From: Pseudomonadota bacterium
GTDB lineage: Bacteria > Bdellovibrionota_B > Oligoflexia > Silvanigrellales > Silvanigrellaceae
Assembly: GCA_039799905.1 (NCBI GenBank)
Contig: JBDLRP010000026.1
Span: 64,001-128,000, forward strand
Length of the DNA: 64,000 nt
Reading direction: 5' to 3'
Of this stretch, positions 30,348-40,541 are shown in pieces (position 1 is the stretch's first letter; each line of letters begins with the position of its first letter). The position numbers and the translations under genes were made by a program. The notes under the pieces are model-generated. The model saw nothing but the letters and a program-made list of their open reading frames with translations, was not told where the DNA came from and ran no database searches.

Positions 30348-31234
30348 TGAATACTCAACTCTCTCCCATGGTCTTTGGTGCATGGCGTCTGGCTGACAAC
30401 AAATCCGAAGCCACGCCCGATGCGGTTGCCCGCAAAATTCTCATGGCACTCGAACACGGTATCACGACCTTCGACCATGCCGACATCTACGGAAACTACG
30501 AGTGCGAAAATCTATTCGGTCAGGCGATGGCAAAGCACTCCATTCCGCGCGGTAAAATTCAGCTCGTAACCAAATGCGGCATCAAGCTTGTCTCGGAAAA
30601 CCGTCCAGAGCATGCGCTGAAGACCTACGAAACCACGCGGGCACATATCGTCCGTTCGGTCGAAACGTCGCTTAAAAACCTGCGCACCGATGTCATCGAC
30701 CTTTTGCTGATTCACCGCCCCGATCCGCTGATGAATCCGTCTGAGGTCAACGAAACGTTCAGCGACCTGCACAAGCAGGGCAAAGTCAAATCATTTGGCG
30801 TTTCCAACTTTTCGCACTCGCAGGTGCGCATGCTGCAAAGCAGGCTGAGCATGCCGATCGTCACCAATCAAATCGAATTTTCACTGTTGCACACTGACCC
30901 CATGCACAACGGTCAGCTCGACCAATGCGTTGAACTGAACATGATTCCGATGGCGTGGTCACCGCTTGCTGGCGGCCGGCTTTTCAGCCAGAACGACGCA
31001 CGCTCAACTCGAGTGCGGGAGTGCCTCACCGAGCTGGCGAAAAAATATCGTGTCACAGCTCCCGAGACGATCGCATATGCATGGCTGCTCAAACATCCAT
31101 CCAAAGTTGTTCCCGTGCTGGGGACAGGTCAGGAAGACAGACTGAAAGCTGCCGTAAACGCGCTTAAGGTAGAGCTTGAGCACGATGACTGGTTCCGTCT
31201 GCTCAAAGCATCGGTCGGTCACGATGTGCCGTAA
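30344..31234 (+). CDS. smoB: Aldo/keto reductase, probable 6-oxo-glucose reductase (SmoB/YdhF-like)
   Basis: [48 protein letters not shown] overlap with the monooxygenase. Confidence 0.8.
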   Translation: MMNTQLSPMVFGAWRLADNKSEATPDAVARKILMALEHGITTFDHADIYGNYECENLFGQAMAKHSIPRGKIQLVTKCGIKLVSENRPEHALKTYETTRAHIVRSVETSLKNLRTDVIDLLLIHRPDPLMNPSEVNETFSDLHKQGKVKSFGVSNFSHSQVRMLQSRLSMPIVTNQIEFSLLHTDPMHNGQLDQCVELNMIPMAWSPLAGGRLFSQNDARSTRVRECLTELAKKYRVTAPETIAYAWLLKHPSKVVPVLGTGQEDRLKAAVNALKVELEHDDWFRLLKASVGHDVP

Positions 31235-32513
31235 GGCTGGTTTGGGGCGCTTTGCTTTGGCACTCGTGGTGCTGGCAGCCGCCTGCACAAAAAACAACGA
31301 GAAACCGGTGCTGAAAGTTCTGACTTTCCGCGACAGGCAGTCGTCCGCTCTGCGCGAAGCCATTCCCGCATTCGAGGCGGAGCACAAAGTCCGCGTGCAA
31401 TTTGATGACATTCCGGCATCGACCGTCGCAACAAAAATGATGACCGACCTCGCAGCAGGCGGGACTTATGACGTCTATGCCGTCGATGAACCGTTCATCC
31501 CTCAATTTCATGAGGCACTTTTGCCGCTGGCGCAGTGGCCCGATGCACCTGCAGCTGATGAGGTTGGGAAATTCGAGGGCAAGGCCGTCGAGGCTGCAAC
31601 TGTCAATGGCGCGCTGATCGGTTTGCCGGTCAACGGAAATGTCTACCAATATGTTTATCGTAAAGATCTGTTCGAATCGCCGGATGAAAAGTTGGCCTTT
31701 GAAAAACGCTTTCAGCGCGTGCTGAAACCAGCCGAAAATTTATCGGAACTGGTTCAACTGGCGCAGTTCTTTCATCGTCCTCCCAAGCTTTACGGCTTCG
31801 CGCCTTTCACCAAAATGTCTGAGGGAACGACTGTCGAATTCCTATGGCTTCTTGCCGCTGCGGGCCATCCACTCGGGCATCGGTCACCACCGCCCGACAC
31901 AACTGTCATTCATTCGGCTCTTACCACCTATGCACAACTGATGCAGACAGCTCCGAAAGCGGCACGTGCGTGGCACCACACAGAGCGGATGTCGGCCTAC
32001 GCCAAAGGCAAAGTGGCGCAGATGATGACGTGGAACAGCTTCTTTTTCGACCTCGAAGATGAATACAAGTCGCTCGTCGTCGGTCGCACGGGCTACGCAA
32101 AATCACCCGGCTCCACGGCTACGAGTCTGGCCGGAACGTGGATTGCCGGTGTGCGTAAAAACTCACAGCAGACAGCTGCCGCGAGTGCGTTCATCCGTTG
32201 GTGGACCTCGCGCACAGTCAATGAAACTCTGGTGCGCAAAGGACTCAGCAGCGCGCGTTCCGATGTGCTGACAAACCCGACTCTTTCGCGTCAATTCCCT
32301 TGGCTCGCAACAACTCACATCAACTTCGGCAATGCCTTTCTGCGGCCGCGCCACAAACAGTACCGTGCGGCATCTGATGAAGTCAGCAAAGCGTTCACCC
32401 GCTGGGTGGCGGGTCAGACGTCCGATCAAGAGGCAGCGCAATATCTACGCAGTGCTCTCGAACGAATGGATGAACTGGCCATGGGCCGCACAGCGCGAAA
32501 GGAATCACGCTGA
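31224..32513 (+). CDS. Sugar ABC transporter substrate-binding lipoprotein
   Basis: AAAC lipobox, GLP....YVYRKDLF and GKVAQM features of CUT1 binding proteins. Confidence 0.88.
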   Translation: MCRKAGLGRFALALVVLAAACTKNNEKPVLKVLTFRDRQSSALREAIPAFEAEHKVRVQFDDIPASTVATKMMTDLAAGGTYDVYAVDEPFIPQFHEALLPLAQWPDAPAADEVGKFEGKAVEAATVNGALIGLPVNGNVYQYVYRKDLFESPDEKLAFEKRFQRVLKPAENLSELVQLAQFFHRPPKLYGFAPFTKMSEGTTVEFLWLLAAAGHPLGHRSPPPDTTVIHSALTTYAQLMQTAPKAARAWHHTERMSAYAKGKVAQMMTWNSFFFDLEDEYKSLVVGRTGYAKSPGSTATSLAGTWIAGVRKNSQQTAAASAFIRWWTSRTVNETLVRKGLSSARSDVLTNPTLSRQFPWLATTHINFGNAFLRPRHKQYRAASDEVSKAFTRWVAGQTSDQEAAQYLRSALERMDELAMGRTARKESR

Positions 32514-33403
32514 TGCTCAGTGCAAAATCGCAGCGCTCGCTGCTTGTCTTCCTTTTCCCGGGCTGTGCACTTCTCACTTTGCTGATTGGCTGGCCTGTAC
32601 TTGAAAGTGCCGTCAGTTCGCTGAGTGTCTCTGCAAACACAGCCGGACAGAGCGATACCTTTGCCGGAATCGCTCATTACAAGACGCTGCTCTCGCAAAG
32701 TTCATTTTGGAATGCGCTGTGGCTGGCGGCTCTTTTTACAATCACGACCACTTCATTAGAACTCGTCATCGGCCTAGCTGTCGCGCTGTTTCTTTATTTT
32801 CAGCGCAGCCTGCCGCGTGTCGTCGAAATTCTTCTTATTCTTCCCATGTTCATTTTGCCAGTCGTCTCGGGGCTGACTTTTCGTTATATTTATGATCCCA
32901 ACGACGGGCCGCTGTCTTTTATTTTTGATCGGCTGGGCTATGAACCCGCGGCTCCGCTGGCCGATTCCTTTTGGGCTTTTTGGTCGATCGTTGTGCAGGA
33001 CATTTGGAGAATGTGGCCATTTTTATTCCTGATCATTTATGCAGGCCTCAAGGCTCTGCCGCGCTCCGCTCAGGAAGCGGCGCGCATGGACGGCGCAACG
33101 ACAGCTCAGATCATCCGATATGTCCTTCTTCCTGCGTTGCGCCCGACACTGGGTATTGCCGCTGGTTTGAAAATCATGGAGTCATTGAAGGTCTTCACGG
33201 AAGTTTACGTCATGACGGGCGGCGGCCCTGGTGAATCGACCTCGCTGCTCTCACTGTTCGTTGTGAAGCAGGCCTTCCATTTCTTTCAAGTGGGGCCTGC
33301 ATCTGCCGCATCTATTCTTCTGCTCGCACTGGGAATGAGTTTGGCTTGGACGGTCACCCGTATGCAAAACCGCCCAACTGTCGCAGGAGGTGCGAGCCGA
33401 TGA
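32513..33403 (+). CDS. Carbohydrate ABC transporter permease
   Basis: EAARMDGA loop, MTGGGPGEST, about six TMs. Confidence 0.92.
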   Translation: MLSAKSQRSLLVFLFPGCALLTLLIGWPVLESAVSSLSVSANTAGQSDTFAGIAHYKTLLSQSSFWNALWLAALFTITTTSLELVIGLAVALFLYFQRSLPRVVEILLILPMFILPVVSGLTFRYIYDPNDGPLSFIFDRLGYEPAAPLADSFWAFWSIVVQDIWRMWPFLFLIIYAGLKALPRSAQEAARMDGATTAQIIRYVLLPALRPTLGIAAGLKIMESLKVFTEVYVMTGGGPGESTSLLSLFVVKQAFHFFQVGPASAASILLLALGMSLAWTVTRMQNRPTVAGGASR

Positions 33404-34233
33404 TGGATGCACAAAAGCGCCCTTTGCCGAGTTATGCCAAGGCTATTGTCGCGTTCTTGCTTTTTGTTCAGCTGGCGCCAATTCTCATCATCATTCAGAC
33501 GGCATTCAAAACACCACGCAGTCTGCTCGAGAGCGGCTCATTTTCGCTGGACGGCTGGACGCTGAAAAACTTTCACCGCATTTTTGTCGAGCAGAGCCTC
33601 GCACCCGACTTGCTCAACTCAATCGGCATCGCATTTGGTTCGATGCTGCTTTCCGTCAGCTGCGGCTCGCTCATGGCCTTTGCACTCACACGCTGGCAAG
33701 GGCCGGCTCGCAAGCATCTGCTGACGACACTACTGGTGGCTCGGCTGCTGCCTCCGGTCGCGCTGGCCTTGCCGCTTTTTCTCGTGCTGCGCGGCTTGGG
33801 ATTGCACGACACGCACGGCGGGTTGATTCTGGCGCACACGGCGCTGAACTTTCCGCTCGCAACCTGGATTTTGATGCCATTTATGGACTCCGTGCCGCGC
33901 GCGCTTGAAGAAGCTGCGTCGCTGGACGGTGCAAGCCGTGCGCAAACATTTCTCCATGTGGTGCTGCCCGTCAACAAGACTGGATTGGTTGTCGCCGCCT
34001 TGTTTTGTTTTTTGATGAGTTGGAACGATTTCCTGTTCTCGCTCATACTCGCCGGATCGGCCGTGAAAACTGCTCCGCTGACACTCAACGGATACGTCAC
34101 GGGCTTTGGCACTGAGTGGGGCCCGCTGTGCGCGGGGGCGTGCGTCTTGCTTCTTCCTGTTTTTGCGCTGTCATTCAAACTTCATCAACACATGATTGCC
34201 TCGCCCACGCAGGGCGGAGTCAAGGGAGCGTAA
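33400..34233 (+). CDS. Carbohydrate ABC transporter permease
   Basis: LEEAASLDGA loop, SWNDFLFS. Confidence 0.92.
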   Translation: MMDAQKRPLPSYAKAIVAFLLFVQLAPILIIIQTAFKTPRSLLESGSFSLDGWTLKNFHRIFVEQSLAPDLLNSIGIAFGSMLLSVSCGSLMAFALTRWQGPARKHLLTTLLVARLLPPVALALPLFLVLRGLGLHDTHGGLILAHTALNFPLATWILMPFMDSVPRALEEAASLDGASRAQTFLHVVLPVNKTGLVVAALFCFLMSWNDFLFSLILAGSAVKTAPLTLNGYVTGFGTEWGPLCAGACVLLLPVFALSFKLHQHMIASPTQGGVKGA

Positions 34234-34234
34234 T

Positions 34235-36346
34235 ATGAGACTCTCAGAAGAATCTGCACAGGACATCAATTTTGCATTGACTCCCGAATGGCCGAGCCTG
34301 ACGGCGCGGGCACGCGGAGCCGTGCGCATGACTCCAGTGACAGGGTGTCGGTTGCTGCCTCAGCGAGAGCGCAATCAGTTCGTTCAGTTTGAATTGCAAT
34401 TCAAGGACAGCAGCAAAAGCAAACTGTACATCGGCGCGCTCGACACTACGCCGGCAGCCTGGGTGATTTGGATGGGTGAACAACCTCGCCGCCATGATCT
34501 TCTCAACACGGTTGTTTCGAACGAAATCAGGGTGGAGGAATCACGCACGGGCTGGACCCTGCGCTCGGCGTTTGCAACAGTGGACATCGACCAGTCATCA
34601 GCAGCGCTGTGCATCAGAAATTCACTCGGCCAATGTGTATGGCAATCGGTCGGCAAAGATCTTTTTGTCGGTGATGTGCCAATGAGCTTTGCTGCCTTCA
34701 GGCACGCAGACGGTTTCGGCATGACCTTTGATTTTGCAGACACGCAACAGATCTGGGGCGGCGGTGAACAGTTCGGCCCAACAAATTTGCGCGGACGAAT
34801 TTATGACGTAATGAACAGCGACGCTCTCGGCGTCAACGGCCACCTGCGCTACCAAAGCACTCCGTTCTTCATCACCGAACGTGGCCATTCATTTGCAACA
34901 CTGCAGTGTGAACCGGCACGCATCGATTTCGGCTCCCGCCGTCATGACATGACGACCTTCTCATCCGATGGTCAAACGCTCGGGCTTTATTTGGCGATGC
35001 CGACCAATGCGAAACAGGCTATTGAGAATTGGCGTGCTCTGATGGGTGGCGTCAGCAGTGTTCCGGAGTGGAGTTTTGCGCTCTGGTTGTCGCGCTGTTT
35101 TTACAAAGACGAAAAAGAATTGCGCTCAGTGATTGAAGGCAACCGCACGCACAAGCTGGGAGCAGGTGTCATAAACCTCGACGCGCGTGCGTGGATGCGT
35201 GCACAAACGCGCACGGATTTTGTTTGGGACACATCGCGCTGGAGTCCTTATCAGACATTTATTCCTTGGCTCAGGGAGCAGGGTTTTCATGTTTGCCTCT
35301 GGGAGAATCCCTACGTTTCTTCGGCAACGGAAAAACTCTACGAAGAAGGCGCTCGCCTCGGCTACTTTGCCAAGACCAAATCGGGAGATGTTTATCCCTA
35401 TCAGTGGGTCCCAACCGGTCTGGAAGGTTTTCCGCAGCCGCCCGTTGCGGGATTGGTCGACTTCACAAATCCAAAAGCCTGTGACTGGTGGAAAGAACAG
35501 CACCGTCCGTTTTTGCGTGCCGGTGTGACGTGCTTCAAAACAGACTTTGGCGAGGAAATTCCGCACGACGCTGTGTTTGCCGATGGAAGCACTGGCCTTC
35601 AACTGCGCAACGTATACTCAGATTTATACAACCTGTGCGTCATGGAAGTGATGCGCGAAGAGTGCGGCGAGGAAGGAATTCTTTGGGCACGATCGGGCTA
35701 TGCAAAGATGGGTAAAACTCCCGTCAAATGGGCAGGCGACAGCCAGACCTCGTGGACAGCACTGCGCGCATCGCTGCGCGGTGGACTTTCGCAGGCTGTG
35801 GGTGGAGCTGTGTTCTGGTCGCATGACATCGGCGGATTTTACGGACCCAGTCCGGATGCCGAGTTGTTCACTCGATGGTCTCAGGTCGGTCTGTGGGGAA
35901 GCCATGCACGCATGCACGGCACCTCGCCGCGCGAACCTTGGGAGTTCGGTGCAACCGCCATGCAACAAGTGCGCAAGGACGTTGCTCTGCGCAATGCCCT
36001 GCAGTCTTATTGGGTGGCGTGCGCCGCGGAGTGTGTACGCGAGCAAAAGAGCTTTGTGCGACCACTGTGGATGCTCAATCCGCAGGATGCACTCAGCTGG
36101 ACCATCGAAGATCAGTTCCTCGCAGGTTCCGATGACGTTGTGGTTGCGCCCTATCTCACTGCCGAAGGCGGACGTCGCGTTTACCTTCCTTCAGGAGAAT
36201 GGCTTTGCCTCAACAACGGACGCACTTTGGCGGGGCACTCGCTCGAGCAGATTGACCGCTGGAGTGAATGTCCTGTCTTCGTGCGGACCAGCTCGCGCTG
36301 GCTCAGCCTGTTCAAAAACTCTTTTGCGCAGATTTATGGGCGCTGA
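34235..36346 (+). CDS. GH31 alpha-glycosidase (YicI-like), candidate sulfoquinovosidase
   Basis: WGGGEQF, PEWSFALWLS, WENPYV, VDFTNP.A..WW, FKTDFGE nucleophile, WAGD acid/base, WSHDIGGF, REPW. Confidence 0.9.
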   Translation: MRLSEESAQDINFALTPEWPSLTARARGAVRMTPVTGCRLLPQRERNQFVQFELQFKDSSKSKLYIGALDTTPAAWVIWMGEQPRRHDLLNTVVSNEIRVEESRTGWTLRSAFATVDIDQSSAALCIRNSLGQCVWQSVGKDLFVGDVPMSFAAFRHADGFGMTFDFADTQQIWGGGEQFGPTNLRGRIYDVMNSDALGVNGHLRYQSTPFFITERGHSFATLQCEPARIDFGSRRHDMTTFSSDGQTLGLYLAMPTNAKQAIENWRALMGGVSSVPEWSFALWLSRCFYKDEKELRSVIEGNRTHKLGAGVINLDARAWMRAQTRTDFVWDTSRWSPYQTFIPWLREQGFHVCLWENPYVSSATEKLYEEGARLGYFAKTKSGDVYPYQWVPTGLEGFPQPPVAGLVDFTNPKACDWWKEQHRPFLRAGVTCFKTDFGEEIPHDAVFADGSTGLQLRNVYSDLYNLCVMEVMREECGEEGILWARSGYAKMGKTPVKWAGDSQTSWTALRASLRGGLSQAVGGAVFWSHDIGGFYGPSPDAELFTRWSQVGLWGSHARMHGTSPREPWEFGATAMQQVRKDVALRNALQSYWVACAAECVREQKSFVRPLWMLNPQDALSWTIEDQFLAGSDDVVVAPYLTAEGGRRVYLPSGEWLCLNNGRTLAGHSLEQIDRWSECPVFVRTSSRWLSLFKNSFAQIYGR

Positions 36347-36382
36347 AGGCCCACAAAATTCTCATATTTGGAATCAGGACGG

Positions 36383-37066
36383 ATGAAAAAGGCATTGGTT
36401 GCCGGCGGCACCGGACTCGTCGGCTCTTTTCTGCTCAAAGCACTTCAGGAAAGTGGCGAGTTTGCCACGACGGCGCTGGTGAGGCGTGCCGGCGCTTTGC
36501 CCAAAGAGTTATCCGGCACGCATGAGTTGGTTTTTGATTTCGAAAATCCAGCCCATTACGAAGCGCTTGAAAAACAACACTTCGATTTTGTTTTTTGTTG
36601 TTTGGGCACAACCATTAAAAAAGCAGGATCGGCAGAGCAATTCAGGCGCGTCGATTTCGACTACCCCAAGATGCTGCTGGATGCCGTCAAAGGCTCAAAA
36701 CCTATTTTTGCACTTGTTTCTTCGGTAGGCGCGAACGCACCTTTCGGATTGTATCTCAAGACAAAGGCTGATTTGGAAAATGCGCTCATGTCGGCAGGCG
36801 TGAGGTATGTCATCGCGCGTCCATCACTGCTGCTCGGAGAACGCTCCGAGTTTCGCCCTGCGGAGGCTTTTTTTGCAAAAACATTCGGCCACCTGCAGCA
36901 CCTGATGCGCAATCATCTTGGAGCTCGCATTGCCCGCAATGCACCTATCCACGCCAGCGAAGTCGCCAAGGCTCTCCTCAGCGGAGCCTTGGAAACTGAA
37001 CGGACCGGCAAAAATTTAATCCTTGAAGGCAGGGGGTTGATTCCGGGACGATTGTCGGAAATTTGA
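36383..37066 (+). CDS. NAD(P)H-binding protein (YraR/TIP30-like atypical SDR)
   Basis: AGGTGLVG, FCCLGTTIKKAGS, VDFDY, RPSLLLGER.EFRPAE. Confidence 0.88.
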   Translation: MKKALVAGGTGLVGSFLLKALQESGEFATTALVRRAGALPKELSGTHELVFDFENPAHYEALEKQHFDFVFCCLGTTIKKAGSAEQFRRVDFDYPKMLLDAVKGSKPIFALVSSVGANAPFGLYLKTKADLENALMSAGVRYVIARPSLLLGERSEFRPAEAFFAKTFGHLQHLMRNHLGARIARNAPIHASEVAKALLSGALETERTGKNLILEGRGLIPGRLSEI

Positions 37067-37205
37067 CCTGTGTTTTTTTCAAATTAATACCGATACCTCC
37101 TCCGGTGGGCCACGGAGGAAGAACAGTGTCTGAATGTCGTGAGGCATTGAGCATCAAACAACTTGGAAAAGACTGTCCGCGACTCGCTCGGCGGCTGGGA
37201 AAAAC

Positions 37206-38249
37206 ATGAACAAAAACGCCGGCAGGAAAATAAAGGTTCTGGTTGTCGACGACTCGGCCGTGATTCGGACGTTGATAACAAAGATCTTGTCGACGGATCC
37301 TCAGATAGAAGTTGTCGGTGCGGCACCGGATGCCTACGTCGCGCGGGAATTACTGGTCACGCATATTCCTGATGTCATGACGCTTGATATTGGCATGCCG
37401 AAACTCGACGGCCTTCATTTTCTTGAGAAGGTCATGCGGCATTTTCCTACAAGGACAGTCATTATCAGCGGCCAGTCCGCAAAAGAATCTCAAACTGCAA
37501 ACAAGGCACTTTCACTGGGAGCTGTTGATGTTATTCCCAAGAGCGAACTCGATTTGGCACGTGGTGCTCAGATTGTCAGTGAGTACCTTCTGGAACGAAT
37601 CCATGCAGCGGCGGGAACAAAATTTAGCGAATTGAAGGCGGCTTTACCCAGCACACGTTCGCCCCTTCTGTTGGCAATCGCAGCTTCCACAGGCGGACCA
37701 GAGGCCCTCAAGACTGTTTTGACCCAATTGCCACCCGATATTCCGCCGACCCTCATCGTCCAGCACATGCCAGCGGTTTTCACCAAGAGCTTTGCCGAAA
37801 ATCTAAATGCACTTTGCTCGTTTGAAGTCCGCGAAGCACGTCATGGTGATCCACTTCAGGATGGTGTTGCATTGATTGCGCCGGGTAACTTTCACATGAC
37901 GGTTATCAAAGCGGCAGGCCGTTTGTGTGTCAGTCTCAATCAGAATCCACTTCTGCATGGTGTCAGACCAGCTGCGGACCCTTTGTTCGAGTCCATCGCG
38001 CCGCTCATGGGAAGCAGAGCCATCGGAGTAATTCTCACAGGAATGGGCAAGGACGGTGCGGAGGGACTTCTCCGCATGCGTCAATCAGGCAGTCATAACA
38101 TCGCTCAGGACGAGGCCACTTGCGTGGTTTCCAGCATGCCACGCGAAGCGATTGAACTCGGTGCAGTTCAAGTCGTCAGTCCGCTCAGTAAAATTGCGTC
38201 ACTTATTGTTGCAGAAATCACAAGAAGAACTGTTGCAAAAGCAGGCTGA
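37206..38249 (+). CDS. cheB: Chemotaxis response regulator protein-glutamate methylesterase
   Basis: REC domain (VVDDS, TLDIGMP) plus ASTGG, QHMP and GMGKDG triad. Confidence 0.95.
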   Translation: MNKNAGRKIKVLVVDDSAVIRTLITKILSTDPQIEVVGAAPDAYVARELLVTHIPDVMTLDIGMPKLDGLHFLEKVMRHFPTRTVIISGQSAKESQTANKALSLGAVDVIPKSELDLARGAQIVSEYLLERIHAAAGTKFSELKAALPSTRSPLLLAIAASTGGPEALKTVLTQLPPDIPPTLIVQHMPAVFTKSFAENLNALCSFEVREARHGDPLQDGVALIAPGNFHMTVIKAAGRLCVSLNQNPLLHGVRPAADPLFESIAPLMGSRAIGVILTGMGKDGAEGLLRMRQSGSHNIAQDEATCVVSSMPREAIELGAVQVVSPLSKIASLIVAEITRRTVAKAG

Positions 38250-38285
38250 TGCAACAATTGTGAGCTGCAGACCTCTCAAAGTGAG

Positions 38286-40541
38286 TCACGTCGAGGCGTC
38301 TATGGCGTCTAGTATCCTTTTGAGACAAGCCCGAAGAGCATCCAATTCAATGGGCTTGGCAATGAAATCGTTCATTCCAGCCTGCAAACAGACGTCACGA
38401 TCGACAGTCAGAGCCCCGGCGGTCATGGCAACGATTTTTGGTTGCGCATCCGCTTGGCCCTCACGGATGTGCCGTGTTGCGGTGAGCCCATCCATCTCGG
38501 GCATTTGAACATCCATGAAAACAAGATCGAAATTTCCGCTTTGAACTGCGTGAACGGCCTCGACTCCATTGCTCACGACAACCGGCAGATGACCCAACTT
38601 TTGCAGCAGCAGGAGGATCATCTTTTGATTGACCAGATTGTCTTCAGCGACCAAGATCCGAAGAGCCCTTGCCCCTGCCTTATCTGAGCCAGCGACTCTC
38701 GCCATTGAACTCGAAATGAGTCCTTGAGCTTCGCGGCTCGGCTTATCACTTATGGTGCTTTTGGACTCCGACTCGCGACGCAAGTCCAGCACAACATCCA
38801 TAGTGGCGTGTTCTGTGCGACGCATGGGAAGAACAAATACGAATTCCGATCCACGCCCAAGTTGACTTTCAACGTGAATTTTACCGCCCATCAATTCAAC
38901 AAGTCTCTGACAAATCGTCAGACCAAGTCCGCTGCCACCGTAACGTCGGGTTGTACTTGAATCTGCCTGTGTGAAAGCCTGAAACAACTTCTTCATCTGT
39001 TCTTCTGTTAGTCCGATGCCAGTATCTGAAACCGCAAAGCGGACCATGCATTCTGAAGCACTTGAGCTCTCTCTGCGGATCGAGATTCCAATTTCTCCCT
39101 GCTCAGTGAACTTAATGGCATTATTGATGAGGTTGAGAAGAACCTGTCGCAATCGGACGCTGTCGGCCATCCACAATCCAGACACATCTGGTGCCGATTG
39201 AAACTTGATTTTTAAACCCTTGCGAGTGGCGGCTGTCTGCAGGGCATCCCGAACAGCTGTTGCGCAACCTTCAAGATCTGTCGGTATCATCTCAATCTCA
39301 AATTTGCCGGATTCAATTTTACTGAAGTCGAGCACATCATTAATAACCTTGAGCAGCACCTCTCCACACTGACGAATTGTCTGAACGCATTCCTGCTGTT
39401 CCTGGTTCATTTCCGTTGTCGAGAGAAGTTCGGTCATGCCGATAACACCGTTCATGGGCGTCCGTATCTCATGACTCATGATGGCAAAAAATTCGGACCT
39501 TGCCTTGACGGCTTTTTCCGCGACATTTTTAGCCTCCACCAATTCTGCATTGGTCTCTCTCATTTGCTGACGCGCCCTGTCGAAGGCAATCGCCAATTGC
39601 TCGATCTCATCATTTGACCCCGTGGGTGAGCACGCAATCGGGCTTTCCACCGGAAGCGTGACTTTTTCACACAGCGTCAGAATTGGAAGTGCGATTCTTT
39701 CTCCGAATCGACGGGCAAGAAACAGCGCGAACCCAGTTAATGCGAGAGTCAACAGCAATAATTGACCAACCAGACTCACAAGAGGCTTGAAGTATTCTTC
39801 ACGCGGAACACTGACGTTGAACTTGGCCTGGAGTGACTTTAATAAGGGAAAACTCTCGTCCGCCGAATAGCTTTGTGTGATTCCCTCGACACCGTTATTC
39901 GCCATGCGGGAAGAGATGAATTGCCTGCCAACCATCTCGACACCCAACACCATTCCTTTTTCATGAGTTCGAATGTATTTTCTCTGATTTTCAATATTCA
40001 AGTGCGTAATAACCACACCTTGCGGAGTGTCGTAGTAAATTATGGGAGCAACAAAAATGAAGTCACTGCCCTGACCGACGATGGAAACAAAACTATTTCC
40101 GCTGGTGAGTGCTGGCCTGAGAAACGAACTGTTCAGCCAAGGCGTTGGTTCAGCTGTGCTCGAATAAATAATCCGGCTGTCGAATCCAACGATTAAAGTT
40201 GTTGAAAATCCGTGCCCGTGTTCGAACTCACGCACAAGCTCTGGAAGATAAGTGCGTGCAGCCTCGGGGTCTACGAAGCTGTTAATTACGAGTCGATTTT
40301 CGCTCAGTTGGCGGCTCGAATCCATACCAAACTGAAGGCGATGCTCCAAACTCTGCATGGATAAATAAGCCTGCAGACTTAATGAACGTTCAATTTCCTT
40401 GTTGAGCGTGAAGGCAGACTGTCCACCGACGACAATCAGAACAATAAGATTCGAAATAATAACGAATGCGGCGAAGCGCCACATTAGCTTTCTGCCTAGC
40501 CGTCCACGAAACTGAAGATCATCGAAACCGACCCACATCAC
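38286..40541 (-). CDS. Membrane hybrid sensor histidine kinase (periplasmic sensor-HAMP-HisKA-HATPase-REC)
   Basis: Two TMs, [48 protein letters not shown]. Confidence 0.95.
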   Translation of the reverse strand: MMWVGFDDLQFRGRLGRKLMWRFAAFVIISNLIVLIVVGGQSAFTLNKEIERSLSLQAYLSMQSLEHRLQFGMDSSRQLSENRLVINSFVDPEAARTYLPELVREFEHGHGFSTTLIVGFDSRIIYSSTAEPTPWLNSSFLRPALTSGNSFVSIVGQGSDFIFVAPIIYYDTPQGVVITHLNIENQRKYIRTHEKGMVLGVEMVGRQFISSRMANNGVEGITQSYSADESFPLLKSLQAKFNVSVPREEYFKPLVSLVGQLLLLTLALTGFALFLARRFGERIALPILTLCEKVTLPVESPIACSPTGSNDEIEQLAIAFDRARQQMRETNAELVEAKNVAEKAVKARSEFFAIMSHEIRTPMNGVIGMTELLSTTEMNQEQQECVQTIRQCGEVLLKVINDVLDFSKIESGKFEIEMIPTDLEGCATAVRDALQTAATRKGLKIKFQSAPDVSGLWMADSVRLRQVLLNLINNAIKFTEQGEIGISIRRESSSASECMVRFAVSDTGIGLTEEQMKKLFQAFTQADSSTTRRYGGSGLGLTICQRLVELMGGKIHVESQLGRGSEFVFVLPMRRTEHATMDVVLDLRRESESKSTISDKPSREAQGLISSSMARVAGSDKAGARALRILVAEDNLVNQKMILLLLQKLGHLPVVVSNGVEAVHAVQSGNFDLVFMDVQMPEMDGLTATRHIREGQADAQPKIVAMTAGALTVDRDVCLQAGMNDFIAKPIELDALRACLKRILDAIDAST

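Noticed and set aside
37097..37205. c-di-GMP riboswitch in the cheB leader
   Set aside because: Hairpins present, but the GCAAA/GNRA and receptor pattern is not seen.
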